This document shows, piece after piece, positions 50,231 through 61,300 of a DNA stretch of 64,000 bases. The notes beneath the pieces are model-generated. The model was not told the origin of the DNA. It saw only the letters and a list, made by a program, of their open reading frames with translations, and did no database searches. The stretch is from an uncultured bacterium (GTDB taxonomy: Bacteria; Zixibacteria; MSB-5A5; JAABVY01; JAHJOQ01): the NCBI GenBank assembly GCA_965369655.1, contig CBDUQR010000001.1, positions 192,001 through 256,000 of the forward strand, in the 5' to 3' direction. Position 1 is the first letter of the stretch, and each line of letters opens with the position of its first letter. Both the position numbers and the translations under genes were made by a program.

Positions 50231-51869
50231 CACTCCCACCAAATTGCTCGTGGTCGACGACGAGGAAATCATCCTGAGCGTCGCCACAGACGTCCTCGAA
50301 GGTGAAGGCTATGTGGTCAAAACTGAGACTAATCCGCTCGAAGCTCTGAAGAGAGTCAAAGAGGAAACATTCGATTTCGTCCTGACCGATATCAGCATGC
50401 CGGAAATGAACGGCCTCGAAATGGTCAAGCAGATCAAGAAGATCGACGCGAATATCGGAGCGATTTTCATGACAGGCTATGCGAATCTCGAAACAGCCAA
50501 GGAGGCCATCAAGACAGGCGCCTATGATTATATTATGAAGCCGTTCGAGTTAGTCGAACTCAGAGCGGCCGTTACCAAGGCAGTCGAAAAAAGACGTGAG
50601 GAGATGTCAAAAACCGAGGGAGCTCGTCTCGACCGCCTCTCGGATCTGGTGGAAGTTCTCTACACCGTGGGCGACAAGAAGAGTCTGCTCAGATTGTCAC
50701 TCGGACTGGCGTTGATTAATTCCGGTCTGACCACCGGATTCATGTCGTGCTGGGATAGCAAGTCGGAAGTTCTGGACCTGATCTGGACGGACAATGTCAA
50801 AGAAAGCGACTTCAGAGAGATTTCGGCATACCTCGGAGCTGATGCCGCAAGAGATTGTTTTGATTTCGTCACCCCGCTGCGGATTGGTGATCTGGCCGAA
50901 CATCCATTCGTCACGAAGTTGCAGCATATCATCCCGGAATCCAACAGCCTGATTCAATACTTCGATTCAAAGAAGGGCAGCACCACGCTGAGAGTGATAC
51001 ATCGCGATGAATTCCTGATGACTCTCTGCACACAGAATGAGTCGGCTGAAGTGCCCTTTTCGGATGGAGACCTGAAACTTCTGAATCTTGTGTTGAATAT
51101 GGCAATGGTGGTCGTGGAAAATGTCCTTCTGCTGAGAGAATCGCAGGCAGCCCTTGCGGAACTGGCGACCATTCACGATCAGATCGTCAATCTCGAACGT
51201 GTCGCGGCGCAGGGCATCATGTCTGCCGAGATCGGGCATGAATTGAACAACTACCTGAACATAGTCCAGTCCAACTTCGAACTGCTAAAACTGAAAGCAA
51301 AGATCACAAACTCTGATGATGTCGACAAGTATGTACGAGGGATAGAGGAAAGTCTTGAACAGATGACCAGGTTCACGACCGGTCTGGTTGATTCCGCCAA
51401 GCTCAAGTCTGAGAAAACTGAATTCGACCTTGATGATCTGATCGAAGACATAGTTTCTTTCCTGTCACCTCAGAAAAAATACCGCCAGATCAAATTGATT
51501 CACGACAAGAGCGGCAATCTGCCGAAGATGACAGCGGACGTGCAGCAGTTGCAGCAACTGTTCTACAATCTGCTGAACAATGCCGCTGAATCATTTCCGG
51601 AGGACTTCGAAGAACAGCGGCAGATTTCAATAACTACTCAACTCTCCGGCTCCGATGTAAAAATCGATGTGGTAGACAATGGAAGCGGTATACCTAAGCG
51701 CCTTCAGAAAACAATGTTCTCCGACCGGTTTACCACGAAGACGAGCGGCCATGGTTTTGGACTCCTGGTGTGCAAGAAAGTTGTGGAAAGCCACAACGGA
51801 CAGATTGCAGTCGAGTCGACCGAAGGCCGGGGGACAGTGTTCCATATCACGTTCCCGACATCAGGCTGA
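50205..51869 (+). CDS. Cytoplasmic hybrid kinase (receiver, GAF-like, histidine kinase)
   Basis: LLVVDDE, LTDISMPEMNG, YIMKPF; H-box EIGHELNN; NLLNNA; DNGSGI; GHGFGL. Probable start ATG 50205. Confidence 0.9.
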   Translation: MSNESPHGNTPTKLLVVDDEEIILSVATDVLEGEGYVVKTETNPLEALKRVKEETFDFVLTDISMPEMNGLEMVKQIKKIDANIGAIFMTGYANLETAKEAIKTGAYDYIMKPFELVELRAAVTKAVEKRREEMSKTEGARLDRLSDLVEVLYTVGDKKSLLRLSLGLALINSGLTTGFMSCWDSKSEVLDLIWTDNVKESDFREISAYLGADAARDCFDFVTPLRIGDLAEHPFVTKLQHIIPESNSLIQYFDSKKGSTTLRVIHRDEFLMTLCTQNESAEVPFSDGDLKLLNLVLNMAMVVVENVLLLRESQAALAELATIHDQIVNLERVAAQGIMSAEIGHELNNYLNIVQSNFELLKLKAKITNSDDVDKYVRGIEESLEQMTRFTTGLVDSAKLKSEKTEFDLDDLIEDIVSFLSPQKKYRQIKLIHDKSGNLPKMTADVQQLQQLFYNLLNNAAESFPEDFEEQRQISITTQLSGSDVKIDVVDNGSGIPKRLQKTMFSDRFTTKTSGHGFGLLVCKKVVESHNGQIAVESTEGRGTVFHITFPTSG

Positions 51870-51870
51870 C

Positions 51871-54621
51871 TCAGTCGGATTCCACACAGCCATATCCCGG
51901 CGGATCGCCATCGAGATAGATGTAGGCGAACAGATAGACCACATCTCGCAAGTCGAAGATGCAGTCTGCATTGACGTCGAGTCGATTCACATCATCTGGC
52001 AGCGGCATCGATGAATACAACATCCCGATCATCAGCACCGCATCGAGAAGTGTGTGCTGCATGTCGTCGTCCAGATCACCGGCGCCGCTCCTCGTAATTC
52101 CAAACTGGTCGGCTGCATGATTGAGAATCCTCCTGCCGGAATCAATTTCGAGATTGTATAGCGGGAAGTTCAGATAGGCGAGTCTTGACTCTCCGATTTC
52201 GGCATATATACCACACGGCTTGTTGTGGAAAGCGGTGTCTGCATCAACTGCCTGATACAAGTATATCGGCACAGCGATTTCAGGGTCATAGTCGAGCGCA
52301 GACATGCTCCGAAGAAACTCACTGTTTCCATAGCCATTCCATTCCGAGTTGATTGAATTATCGAGTATTGCATCCGGCCAGCCCTCGATTCCATCTGCGG
52401 ATGCGAAGTCAAATTCCAGTGACAGCGTGTTTCCGAGTAACCCAAGAAGTCCGCCTAGCTTCCCGACAAGCTTGGGACCCATCAGCAGGATGTTGCCGCC
52501 ACCCTCTTTGAACCATTTCAACTCGCTCATCGTGGGGGCCACAGTTACGATCGCATCTGCTATCCAGAAAACCGACCTGTATTGTCCGATCTCTTCCATG
52601 TGGAGGACGAATGAGTCACCCGGTGCCACGATGAATTCGTTATGTGGGATGTCGGCCAGCATCGAGCGATACCGAGGCATTACAATTGATGTGTCGAATC
52701 CCCAATCTCTCTCCAGTACGACCAGCAGATTGCGGTTGAAAAATACGCCCCTACTGGAAGCAACATCCGTTGCAGCAGACTGAAGATTATCCTCGTCGAC
52801 CGCTTTGACAAAGTAATCGTAGTAGCTTTCCTGCAATACAAGTTCGTCTGTCCATGCTGTGTCTGCGATTTCTGCTACCAGTGAGAAATCACCCAGATTG
52901 GCGAATGATCGGAACACCCGGTATGAAGTCACATCAGGATGAATTGATGCAGGCCAGTCAAGATGTATCGACCTAAGCTGTGGAGCAGCTATCAGTGTAT
53001 CCGGAGCAAATGGTATTGAGTAGGGAACGCCTGATTCCTCAACTTGCACGATGCTGAAAAGCGTGTCATCAATTACCGCCGTAACTGCGATGAAGTATTT
53101 GGTTCCCTCGGTCAGTCCGGTCACTTCAGTTGATGTTGATCCCTTCTGGACCATGTGGTAGCTGGTATAGTGACCTGATGATGTTCCAACAAAGATCTTA
53201 TATTCAAAATCGCGAGAATCCTCAGGCTCATCCCATTCGACGAGAAGCCGATCGCCCTTGCCGGCATCAGTAATCACGACATTCTTGATATTCGGCGGCG
53301 AAACCGCGATCCTGTATGTCGCCGCTGCAGATCCTCTGACGATCTCTGTCATGTATTCGAAATCGAGGAAATCGGCGATGTCTAATATTGTGTGGTAGTG
53401 CATCGAGAAATTCTGCTCATGGATGAACAGTGCGGGCCAATACCGTTGGAATGGTGCATGATCTGAGCGTCCAGAGTTGCCGACATTCACGTTTCCAGAA
53501 AGAGAGGTATGCGTATTCATTTCGCTGGAGATAACATCAGCATACGGTTTCGAAGCCAGCGTATTGTAAATTTTAACTGTCGAATTCGTAGGCAGGTTGT
53601 TGCCGATCATATCCGCGTTAATCATAACTTCAATATTCTGGTCGAGATGACTGTTCACATATGCTTTACTCCCTATCAGCCCTTGTTCTTCCGCTGCAAA
53701 GCAAATAAATCTAACTGTCTTGGGTGTTTCGAACTGCTGAAGAACCCTTGCGATTTCAAGACAAAATGCTGTTCCACTCGCGTTGTCATCTGCGCCCGGT
53801 GCCAGACCTAATGAATCCAGTAAACTTCTTGCTCTGCAATCATAGTGAGCGCCGACAATAATATAAATATCGGGTGCTAATGTACCTAAATGGGATGCTA
53901 CTACATTATGACCGTAATCACCATATTGTGTAGGCTGTCCGTGAAGGAAGGAATCCAGTGTCACTTCATATCCGAAAGAGCTGAATTTCTCCATCAGCCA
54001 GTTACGAGCATTAATGACAAGATTTGACATCGTGTTTCTGGAATAGAAACCCTCCAGCCTCCGCACATAAGCCTCAACACTATCTTTTGATACCAGACTC
54101 ACGAGCGAATCGATCAGGTCGAGATTTGGATAAGACACATCAGGATGAACGTCAGGATAATATCGGACCGGAACGTCCCTCGATGGCAACGACAGCGTCC
54201 AGAGTTCATCGCGGAATCCTACCTGTGGGATGTCTGTCTTCCTGACGAGTACATACGAACCGAACACAATCCGATCAGTCATTCCAAGACTCATGGAACG
54301 TACGGCATGTTCGACATCGGGATTCTCTGACGTCACGATCACCCAATCATCAGGATTGAACTCATGATGCATCAAGTCGATCTCGATGCCAGCAGCGCGA
54401 ATCCTCTCTATGGATTCGGCTCTACCTGAAACGAGATACTCATTCCCCTCGGCGAGAATGCCTCTCACTCCGGATGAATTGACCAGTCGGGCATCCGCGT
54501 AGCTCGATATGCTGATCCGATAGAGCGGCTCGGCACTCTCCGTTAGTCCGGCAACTGCCACGAGCGGGAACAGGACTGAATAGATCAGTCCGATGACAAT
54601 ATGTTTCATTATTGCTTTCAT
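51871..54621 (-). CDS. Secreted M28-family Zn peptidase with two Fn3 domains and a divergent dockerin
   Basis: Signal peptide; GAHYD, GADDNASG, AEEQGL, NADMIG, SDH, YHT. C-terminal GDLDDDMQHTLLDAV and DVNADCIFDLRDVVYL. Confidence 0.9.
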   Translation of the reverse strand: MKAIMKHIVIGLIYSVLFPLVAVAGLTESAEPLYRISISSYADARLVNSSGVRGILAEGNEYLVSGRAESIERIRAAGIEIDLMHHEFNPDDWVIVTSENPDVEHAVRSMSLGMTDRIVFGSYVLVRKTDIPQVGFRDELWTLSLPSRDVPVRYYPDVHPDVSYPNLDLIDSLVSLVSKDSVEAYVRRLEGFYSRNTMSNLVINARNWLMEKFSSFGYEVTLDSFLHGQPTQYGDYGHNVVASHLGTLAPDIYIIVGAHYDCRARSLLDSLGLAPGADDNASGTAFCLEIARVLQQFETPKTVRFICFAAEEQGLIGSKAYVNSHLDQNIEVMINADMIGNNLPTNSTVKIYNTLASKPYADVISSEMNTHTSLSGNVNVGNSGRSDHAPFQRYWPALFIHEQNFSMHYHTILDIADFLDFEYMTEIVRGSAAATYRIAVSPPNIKNVVITDAGKGDRLLVEWDEPEDSRDFEYKIFVGTSSGHYTSYHMVQKGSTSTEVTGLTEGTKYFIAVTAVIDDTLFSIVQVEESGVPYSIPFAPDTLIAAPQLRSIHLDWPASIHPDVTSYRVFRSFANLGDFSLVAEIADTAWTDELVLQESYYDYFVKAVDEDNLQSAATDVASSRGVFFNRNLLVVLERDWGFDTSIVMPRYRSMLADIPHNEFIVAPGDSFVLHMEEIGQYRSVFWIADAIVTVAPTMSELKWFKEGGGNILLMGPKLVGKLGGLLGLLGNTLSLEFDFASADGIEGWPDAILDNSINSEWNGYGNSEFLRSMSALDYDPEIAVPIYLYQAVDADTAFHNKPCGIYAEIGESRLAYLNFPLYNLEIDSGRRILNHAADQFGITRSGAGDLDDDMQHTLLDAVLMIGMLYSSMPLPDDVNRLDVNADCIFDLRDVVYLFAYIYLDGDPPGYGCVESD

Positions 54622-54919
54622 ATATTAAACCTCACTTTCTTTGGGCGGCAGATGTGGACATCTGCCGGGCACATAATGAGAAGACGGGACAACTCAACGT
54701 TTGTCAATTTACAGATTCAATCTAACACAAGTTACCGTTATGGGCAATAAGCCATATGTCCGTGCATGTCACTCTCTTACTCGTAGCGCTCATTAGAATC
54801 AACGCGAATTGCCGCGCGGCGTTCCATATCAGAGATCGGCAATCGATATCGTCATTTTCGACATCCGCGATGCACGAAATGACTTGATTTCGTGGCTCAG
54901 TCTCGCTTAATAGTATGAT

Positions 54920-56272
54920 ATGTTTCTCCGACGTACATTCTTCGTGACTCAATGCCTGTTCCTGATGGGAGTCTTACTGCTGTCGGGCGTTTCTCATGCC
55001 TCGATGGATATCGGGCTCGACGTCGAAAGAACTGTCCTTCCGAACGGTTTGACCGTCCTGACCTGTGTCGACACGACAGCATCGACTGTCTCCTATCAGA
55101 CATTCATCAACGCAGGTTCCCGCGACGAGACCAGGGCCGGAGCGACTGGAATAGCCCATGTTTTTGAGCACATGATGTTTCGCGGGACCGAGAAATATCC
55201 GAGCTTCAGCGATGCTGTGGCGCCTATGGGCGCGCAGACCAACGCCTACACATCGGAAGATTATACCTGCTATTACGTGAACGCCAAAGCCGGGTTCCTC
55301 GAGAGAATCATCCAAATCGAATCGGATCGAGTCAGGAACCTGAGATTCACGCGCGATGCCTTCCGGCGCGAACTCGGACCGGTCAGAGAGGAGCGCAGGA
55401 GAGGGGTCGATGATGATCCCGGCGGATACCTGCATCAGGAACTCTATCGGCTCGCATTCCGCAAGCATACGTATCATCACCCGGTGATCGGCTGGGAGCG
55501 GGATCTCGAAAAGACTCTTCGCTACGAGGACGCGTATGACTTCAAGAGGATTTTCTACGCGCCGAACTACTGCATGATCGTGATCTGCGGTAATTTCGAT
55601 CCTGACAAGGCTGGAGAGTTGATACTTGAACACTACGGCGACTGGAAACAATCACTACCGCCGACATCGCGCGTCAGGAATGAACCGGTGCAGAAAAAAC
55701 CGCGCAGGCGCGACCTCGAATTCAAGGATACTCATACGCCGAATAAGATGCTGATCGGATACAAGGCGCCTGATCTGAATCTGGATTCGCCCGACCTGGT
55801 TGCGCTGCAAGCGCTCGACAACATTCTGTTCTCCAGAACGGGACGGTTGTATCGAAAGCTGAAACTGGAATTGGATCTCGTCCAGTCGGTGAGGGGGGAG
55901 ATCGACGGCAGGAAAGACCCATGTTTGTTCGTGATAGATGCCACACTCAAGTCTGATATTGCATTCGATTCGGTCGTTGCCGTCGTGAGAGGCGAGATCG
56001 CAACCCTCGCAAACCAGCCGGTTTCGGAAGCCGAACTGACAAGGGCGGTCAATCCGATGAAGTCGAGATTTCTTCGAAGACTCAGCACTCCGTTTCGCGT
56101 GGGTGGCATGCTCGGATACTATCATCTCGTGGGGGGCGATTACCGGATGCTGTTCCAGCATTATGATATGCTCGGCACGATCAGCACCGACGACATCAGG
56201 AACGCGGTCGAAACATATCTTACGCCGTCGAACTCCACTATCGTAACTCTCTCACCCTTGTCGGAGAATTGA
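54920..56272 (+). CDS. M16 peptidase, catalytic subunit (exported)
   Basis: Signal peptide; LPNGLTV; GIAHVFEHMMFRGT (HxxEH); NAYT; VREERR; HPVIG; FYAPN. Confidence 0.92.
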   Translation: MFLRRTFFVTQCLFLMGVLLLSGVSHASMDIGLDVERTVLPNGLTVLTCVDTTASTVSYQTFINAGSRDETRAGATGIAHVFEHMMFRGTEKYPSFSDAVAPMGAQTNAYTSEDYTCYYVNAKAGFLERIIQIESDRVRNLRFTRDAFRRELGPVREERRRGVDDDPGGYLHQELYRLAFRKHTYHHPVIGWERDLEKTLRYEDAYDFKRIFYAPNYCMIVICGNFDPDKAGELILEHYGDWKQSLPPTSRVRNEPVQKKPRRRDLEFKDTHTPNKMLIGYKAPDLNLDSPDLVALQALDNILFSRTGRLYRKLKLELDLVQSVRGEIDGRKDPCLFVIDATLKSDIAFDSVVAVVRGEIATLANQPVSEAELTRAVNPMKSRFLRRLSTPFRVGGMLGYYHLVGGDYRMLFQHYDMLGTISTDDIRNAVETYLTPSNSTIVTLSPLSEN

Positions 56273-56276
56273 CTGT

Positions 56277-57773
56277 ATGCTCTTTGTGCGTATCTCGACC
56301 GCTGCGATGATCCTTCTGTTTCTGGCATGTTCGCCCGGAGATACACCGAAGGATCAGCAACCGGGCACTCTGGTTGAGTTCAAGAAACCGGGCATACCAC
56401 TGATCGACATCCAGGTACTCGTGAAATCCGGTTCCGTCGATGATCCGGTCGGGAAAGAAGGACTTGCGCGTTTTACCGCGAACCTGATGATGCGGGGAGC
56501 GGGTGATCGGACTCGCGAGGAAATCGACATTGAATTGCAGGAGCTCGGGTCCGAGATCAGTGTCCGCGTCGACAGGGAGACCATTCTGTTTAGCTGCCAG
56601 TCGCTGAAAGAGAACATCGCTCGAACGTATGAGATACTCTCCGATATTCTCCTGCGCCCGACGTTTCCGGAGCAGGAAATTGCGTTGCTTGTATCTGAGC
56701 AAGTCGATGACATAGATGAAATCGTACGTGATGACGCCGAACTGGCGCTAGCTGTCTTTCAGCAGACGCTCTATTCCGGGCATCGGTACGCTCACCCGAC
56801 GGCGGGGCTGAGGTCGTCTGTTGAATCGTTCACTTCCGAAGATTGTGATTCGTTCTATCAGACGCATTTCGATCTGAACAACATTATCATCGGCATAGCA
56901 GGCGACTACCCTGACGGTTTCGCCGACTCGATCAGTTCCGATTTCGGCATATTGTCCGCCGTATCGGTTGAAGAGACGCATCAGCCAGTGGCGCCTGTAA
57001 AGGGCCGCAAAGTCGTTCTTGTCGAGAAAGAGAACAGGGCGCAGACTCATTTTCGCATAGGCAACATCGTCGAATATGATCGCAACAGCAGCGATTACTA
57101 CCCTCTGCTGGTTGCCGGAGCGTATCTCGGGCAGCACAGGCAGGCATTCGGGAGACTCTACCGGACGATCAGGTCCGAGCGGGGGCTGGCGTACGGGGCG
57201 TATGCATATCACGAGCACTTCGATCAGTACAATTGGTCGAAGATGTCTGAACTGCTGATCCCGTGGAACCCGACGTATTTCTCGATCTGGACCTATCCCA
57301 AAGCGGTCAATGCTGAATTCGCGATGAAACTCGCGGTGCTTGAATGGTCAAAGATTATCGATGGCTCTATAATCGAGAGCGACCTGGAGAAGACGAAGCA
57401 GTTCCTCGTCAATCATTTCCCGTTCATCCATGAAATGCCTGAGCGCAGGCTGAGTATCGAAATCGAACAAATCTACTTCGATGATCCGCAGTTTTTGTTT
57501 GATTACGGGAACCGTATATCAGGTGTGATTTCGGATGACATTCGATCCGCCGTATCTCGGCGCTGGTCCGCGGATAACTTTCTGCTCGTGGCTGTTGTCT
57601 CCGATGGCGAAAAGTTCAAATCGGAACTGCTGGATGACACGACATTCATCGAGTACCCATCCGGAACGACCAGCGACAACCTTGAGACTGCCGACGCGGA
57701 AGTCAGGGCTTATGATCTGAAATTGACCGCAGACGATATCACGATCCTGAAAGCATCCGATCTATTCGAGTGA
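56277..57773 (+). CDS. M16 peptidase, non-catalytic partner subunit (lipoprotein)
   Basis: Lipobox FLAC. GLARFTANLMMRG lacks HxxEH. R/Y motif IRSERGLAYG. Confidence 0.88.
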   Translation: MLFVRISTAAMILLFLACSPGDTPKDQQPGTLVEFKKPGIPLIDIQVLVKSGSVDDPVGKEGLARFTANLMMRGAGDRTREEIDIELQELGSEISVRVDRETILFSCQSLKENIARTYEILSDILLRPTFPEQEIALLVSEQVDDIDEIVRDDAELALAVFQQTLYSGHRYAHPTAGLRSSVESFTSEDCDSFYQTHFDLNNIIIGIAGDYPDGFADSISSDFGILSAVSVEETHQPVAPVKGRKVVLVEKENRAQTHFRIGNIVEYDRNSSDYYPLLVAGAYLGQHRQAFGRLYRTIRSERGLAYGAYAYHEHFDQYNWSKMSELLIPWNPTYFSIWTYPKAVNAEFAMKLAVLEWSKIIDGSIIESDLEKTKQFLVNHFPFIHEMPERRLSIEIEQIYFDDPQFLFDYGNRISGVISDDIRSAVSRRWSADNFLLVAVVSDGEKFKSELLDDTTFIEYPSGTTSDNLETADAEVRAYDLKLTADDITILKASDLFE

Positions 57774-57784
57774 AGCTATAAGAT

Positions 57785-58177
57785 TCACTCGATCAGATTA
57801 GAATCGCCTGTGAGTTCGACAAGCGCCATAGCAATGGCGTGTTTTTCTGTGTGGGATATCGAGATAGCGATTTGGACTTCCGGGGTGATTCCGGACACCC
57901 TGTCTGATATATGGACTACCGGCGCTCGCGACGCGTCGTCGAGTATCTCAATGTCTTTCCATGAATAACCTGAGACCCCGTACCTGTAGAGAGCTTTGTA
58001 GACAGCCTCTTTCGATGCGATTCTCCCCGCCACCGATTGCAGAAAATTCGCCTTGGTCCTGCAGTATTGCTGCTCTTTGTCTGTAAGCAGGCGGTTGAGA
58101 AGCTTCTGCCCCCACCGTGCATACGACCCCCGCAACTTCTCGATGTCTATTATGTCTGTACCGACTGATAATCTCAT
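57785..58177 (-). CDS. acpS: Holo-ACP synthase
   Basis: VGTDIIDI, AGRIASKEAVYKAL, ISISHT. Confidence 0.93.
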   Translation of the reverse strand: MRLSVGTDIIDIEKLRGSYARWGQKLLNRLLTDKEQQYCRTKANFLQSVAGRIASKEAVYKALYRYGVSGYSWKDIEILDDASRAPVVHISDRVSGITPEVQIAISISHTEKHAIAMALVELTGDSNLIE

Positions 58178-58246
58178 GGCATTGCCTTCTGACTTGTTAT
58201 CAATATAGCCCTGTTCTGCTTATTCCGGCAAGAAGTATTGGGCGGC

Positions 58247-58365
58247 GTCATTCCCGCGAAGGCTCTTCGCTATGCTCAGGATATCACGGGAATCCAGTCT
58301 TGTAGGGCAGCGACCCGCGAAGTCCTGAGCCCTGAGAAGGGAAGCGCAGCGGAGTGGTCCTGCCA
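58247..58365. repeat. Nested repeat cluster: GTCATTCCCGCG...CGGGAATCCAG element plus GTAG-type REP copy D
   Basis: 58247-58297 is an ATTCCC...GGGAAT palindrome interrupted by CTTCGCTATGCTCAGGA. 58295-58365 reads CAGTCTTGTAGGGCAGCGACCCG[insert]AGCGGAGTGGTCCTGCCA. Confidence 0.75.
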
Positions 58366-58379
58366 CTTGGCTGTGAATC

Positions 58380-61300
58380 TCAATTGATTGGCCAGCCGCC
58401 TTGATTCTCTATGGCTTCATCTATTTCGGCCATCAGCCGGATCGTCTCCGAAAGTGCTGATACGATATGCTGGTAGTGATCCAGGTCATCGCAGCTTAAG
58501 TTGCGCCTCTTACGGTCTTTGAGCCACTTCTGACAGACCTGATAACCACCGATATGAAACTCCCAAACTTCCGGAGCTACGCCTTCAAAAAACTGCTCTT
58601 TGTTGATCCAGACACGACCCAGAGGATTCTTGGCACCCGGCTCGGAGTAGCGAATCTTCTCGACGAGATGATCGCCGTCTACGGGGTAAGCCGTCAGGTT
58701 CGGACCGTGTTTCTCCATAAGATGGAGACCGACCAGTTCCTCGCCCAGGGCGCACAGATTGCGGAACAACCTCTCCTTAGACGTCAGTGGAATGCGCGGG
58801 AAATCAATCTTGAGAAACTCGGCGTAGCGGCTGCGGTAGGTTGGGGAATGAAGAACAGCATAGATGTAGTCGAAGACATCCTCCGGACCAAATGTCTTTT
58901 TCAGATCACCTTTACCGTCTGGGATAAATGTCATTCTGAGTCCCTTCGCACAGTCTTCCATGAACTCTGCGCTTAAGTTGGATCGGCGCGCACCCTGTGC
59001 ATTAGTTGACGAATCACCGTCGAACAGGTCATGCTTCTTGTGCGCAAGACACCTGTAAAGGGGAAACTGAAAGCTGTTGCCCCCACCGGCAGACTTATTT
59101 GCCGCAACACATTGGTCCCCAATCATTCTAGTACAGTAGGCAAATGTGAAATCTCTGGGTGACTGAGGGCGATGAGTAAGTAAGGCTAGATTCCCGGGAA
59201 CCATATGACCCAGGACATCTTGACGTAACCGTTCGCATACAGCCTTATGATAGAGCACATATCGGAAATCAAATGGCCTGTAGCACAACGGCTTGATGAA
59301 ATTCTCGATGTCATCCGCCTCACGCAGTTCATCGCGGGCTGAGCTTAGTTTCCAGTACGAGACATCTCTGAGACCGTACTCACTTCTCAACCAATCATCG
59401 TTGATCGACTCACTTACCAAATCACTGGCCCTGTGCATTAACGTCTCCGGCTCATATGCTATCGAGAAGCGATTTCTGGCCGTAGTCATCGTGCTTCCGG
59501 AAAGGCTGAACACATTCGTTATTAACCAGCATCGATCATATTCGGGTCTAAGGTTCTCATCCTGCGGAATGAAGAGATAGTGTGGGTGCGACGGACTCAG
59601 AGTGAGCCAGTCGGTGTTCTGCACATTCTCACTCACGAGTTGTCCATATTTCTGTTCTCGTAGACCCCACATGCTGCCGTAGTTCACCTTGATTGATTTC
59701 TTTCTGTCTTCTCCCGTGACGAAGATACCTACGGCAACACCCTGCTGAATATCAAAGACGTTCTCATCCTTCGACCCATCCGGGCAGATCTCTTTCTTCT
59801 TCGTGTTGCCATGTAAGTCGAGTACGTGTATCCGGTCAAAAGTCGTAAGCAAACTCTGACGCATTCCGCGAAACGTTGGGTTATCCAAATAAGAGTGATT
59901 TGAGATGAAAGCGAGAATTCCGTAGCCGGTTTTTTCTATTCGCCACTGTGCAAATCGGATGAACTTCACATAATCATCGTTCAGCCATTTCGGATTGCGT
60001 TCTCCAAGCGGCTTACCATCTACCTCGAAGTAGTTGGCTGTTGATTCCCCCGTCATCGTGTCTTTGCCCCGGAGCAACCTGCTTATCCATTCGCCCTTGT
60101 TGGCAGAATGCCCCGAATACGGCGGATTGCCCAAAATGACCATAACCGGGGCTTCTGACTTGATCTCGACAGCCTGATTAGCCTCTTCCGCAATAATGTC
60201 TGCAAAAGGAACGCCGATCTGCTTGTCCCTGGCTTTCTCCAAGGTATTAGTCAAGTACACACGTAATCGCTCGCCCGATTTGAAATCGTATCCAAGTTCT
60301 TTCAACTGCAGTCCGAGCTTCATATGTGCCACCGCGTATGGCGCCATGAGGAGTTCAAATCCAAAAAGACGCGGCAACAGATGTTCGGAAACATAGCTCG
60401 ACCACGTACCTTTCTGTCCCTTGCTTACGAGATGTTCGTGGATATGATCGATCACGCCATGAAGGAATGTGCCGGTGCCTACAGCAGGGTCGAGGATCAG
60501 AACCTTGTGACATTCGCCAACTTTTTTTCGTAGGGGCTTGCCGTTCTTGTTCTTTTCAGTTTTATATACGGGAATCTTGGACGTATCTGCGAGTCCGTCC
60601 TCTATCCCGAAATCAGTCTTCAGAATGTGGTCTATGCTCCGGACGATATAGGAAACCACAGGTTCGGGAGTGTAGTAGACGCCGCGGGCTTTGCGCATTT
60701 TCGGATCGTATGCTGCAAGGAATGTCTCATAGAAGTGAACTACCGGATCCTCCCGTCGCGTGCGCTGGCCGAAGTCCTTGAGGATTGCGTGCAGGTCAGC
60801 TCGATTCAGCAATTCAACAAGATGGTCAACCGCCCAGACCAGGCGTTCGTCCAGACGACGACCGGCGATATAATCAAACATCTCAATGAGGAAGGGGTTG
60901 GTTTTCGGAAGAGCGTAAACGGCATCCTTGCGTCGAAAGGACTTGGATTCAGGATGGTTGCATTTGGCCGAAAACAGACCATAGCAAATTGTCTGTGCGT
61001 ACATATCGGCAAACTGATCGGGCTTGAGATCGTGGAGCAGAACCTCGCGGAAACCCTCCAACTGGCTGTGAAGCGATCCTCCCTTATCTTCATCACCGAA
61101 TGCCTCAATAATGGTGCTCTTGAGGATTTTCGCCAAACCCGCCATTCGCTTTGCAAGTTCCTTCGGATCGCTTACAGTGGAAACACGTGTAACAAGGAAT
61201 TCATTCATTAGATCAAAGAACTGTTCGATGCCACTTTTATCCTCGCGCAACTTTCTGTCCGCAGTTACCGATGCAATTCTGGCCGTCAGCCTGTGCTTGC

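Noticed and set aside
54646-54667. Perfect 10-bp inverted repeat CGGCAGATGT-GG-ACATCTGCCG upstream of the M28 gene
   Set aside because: It is a single copy with a 2-nt loop, and I cannot tell an operator from a REP remnant.
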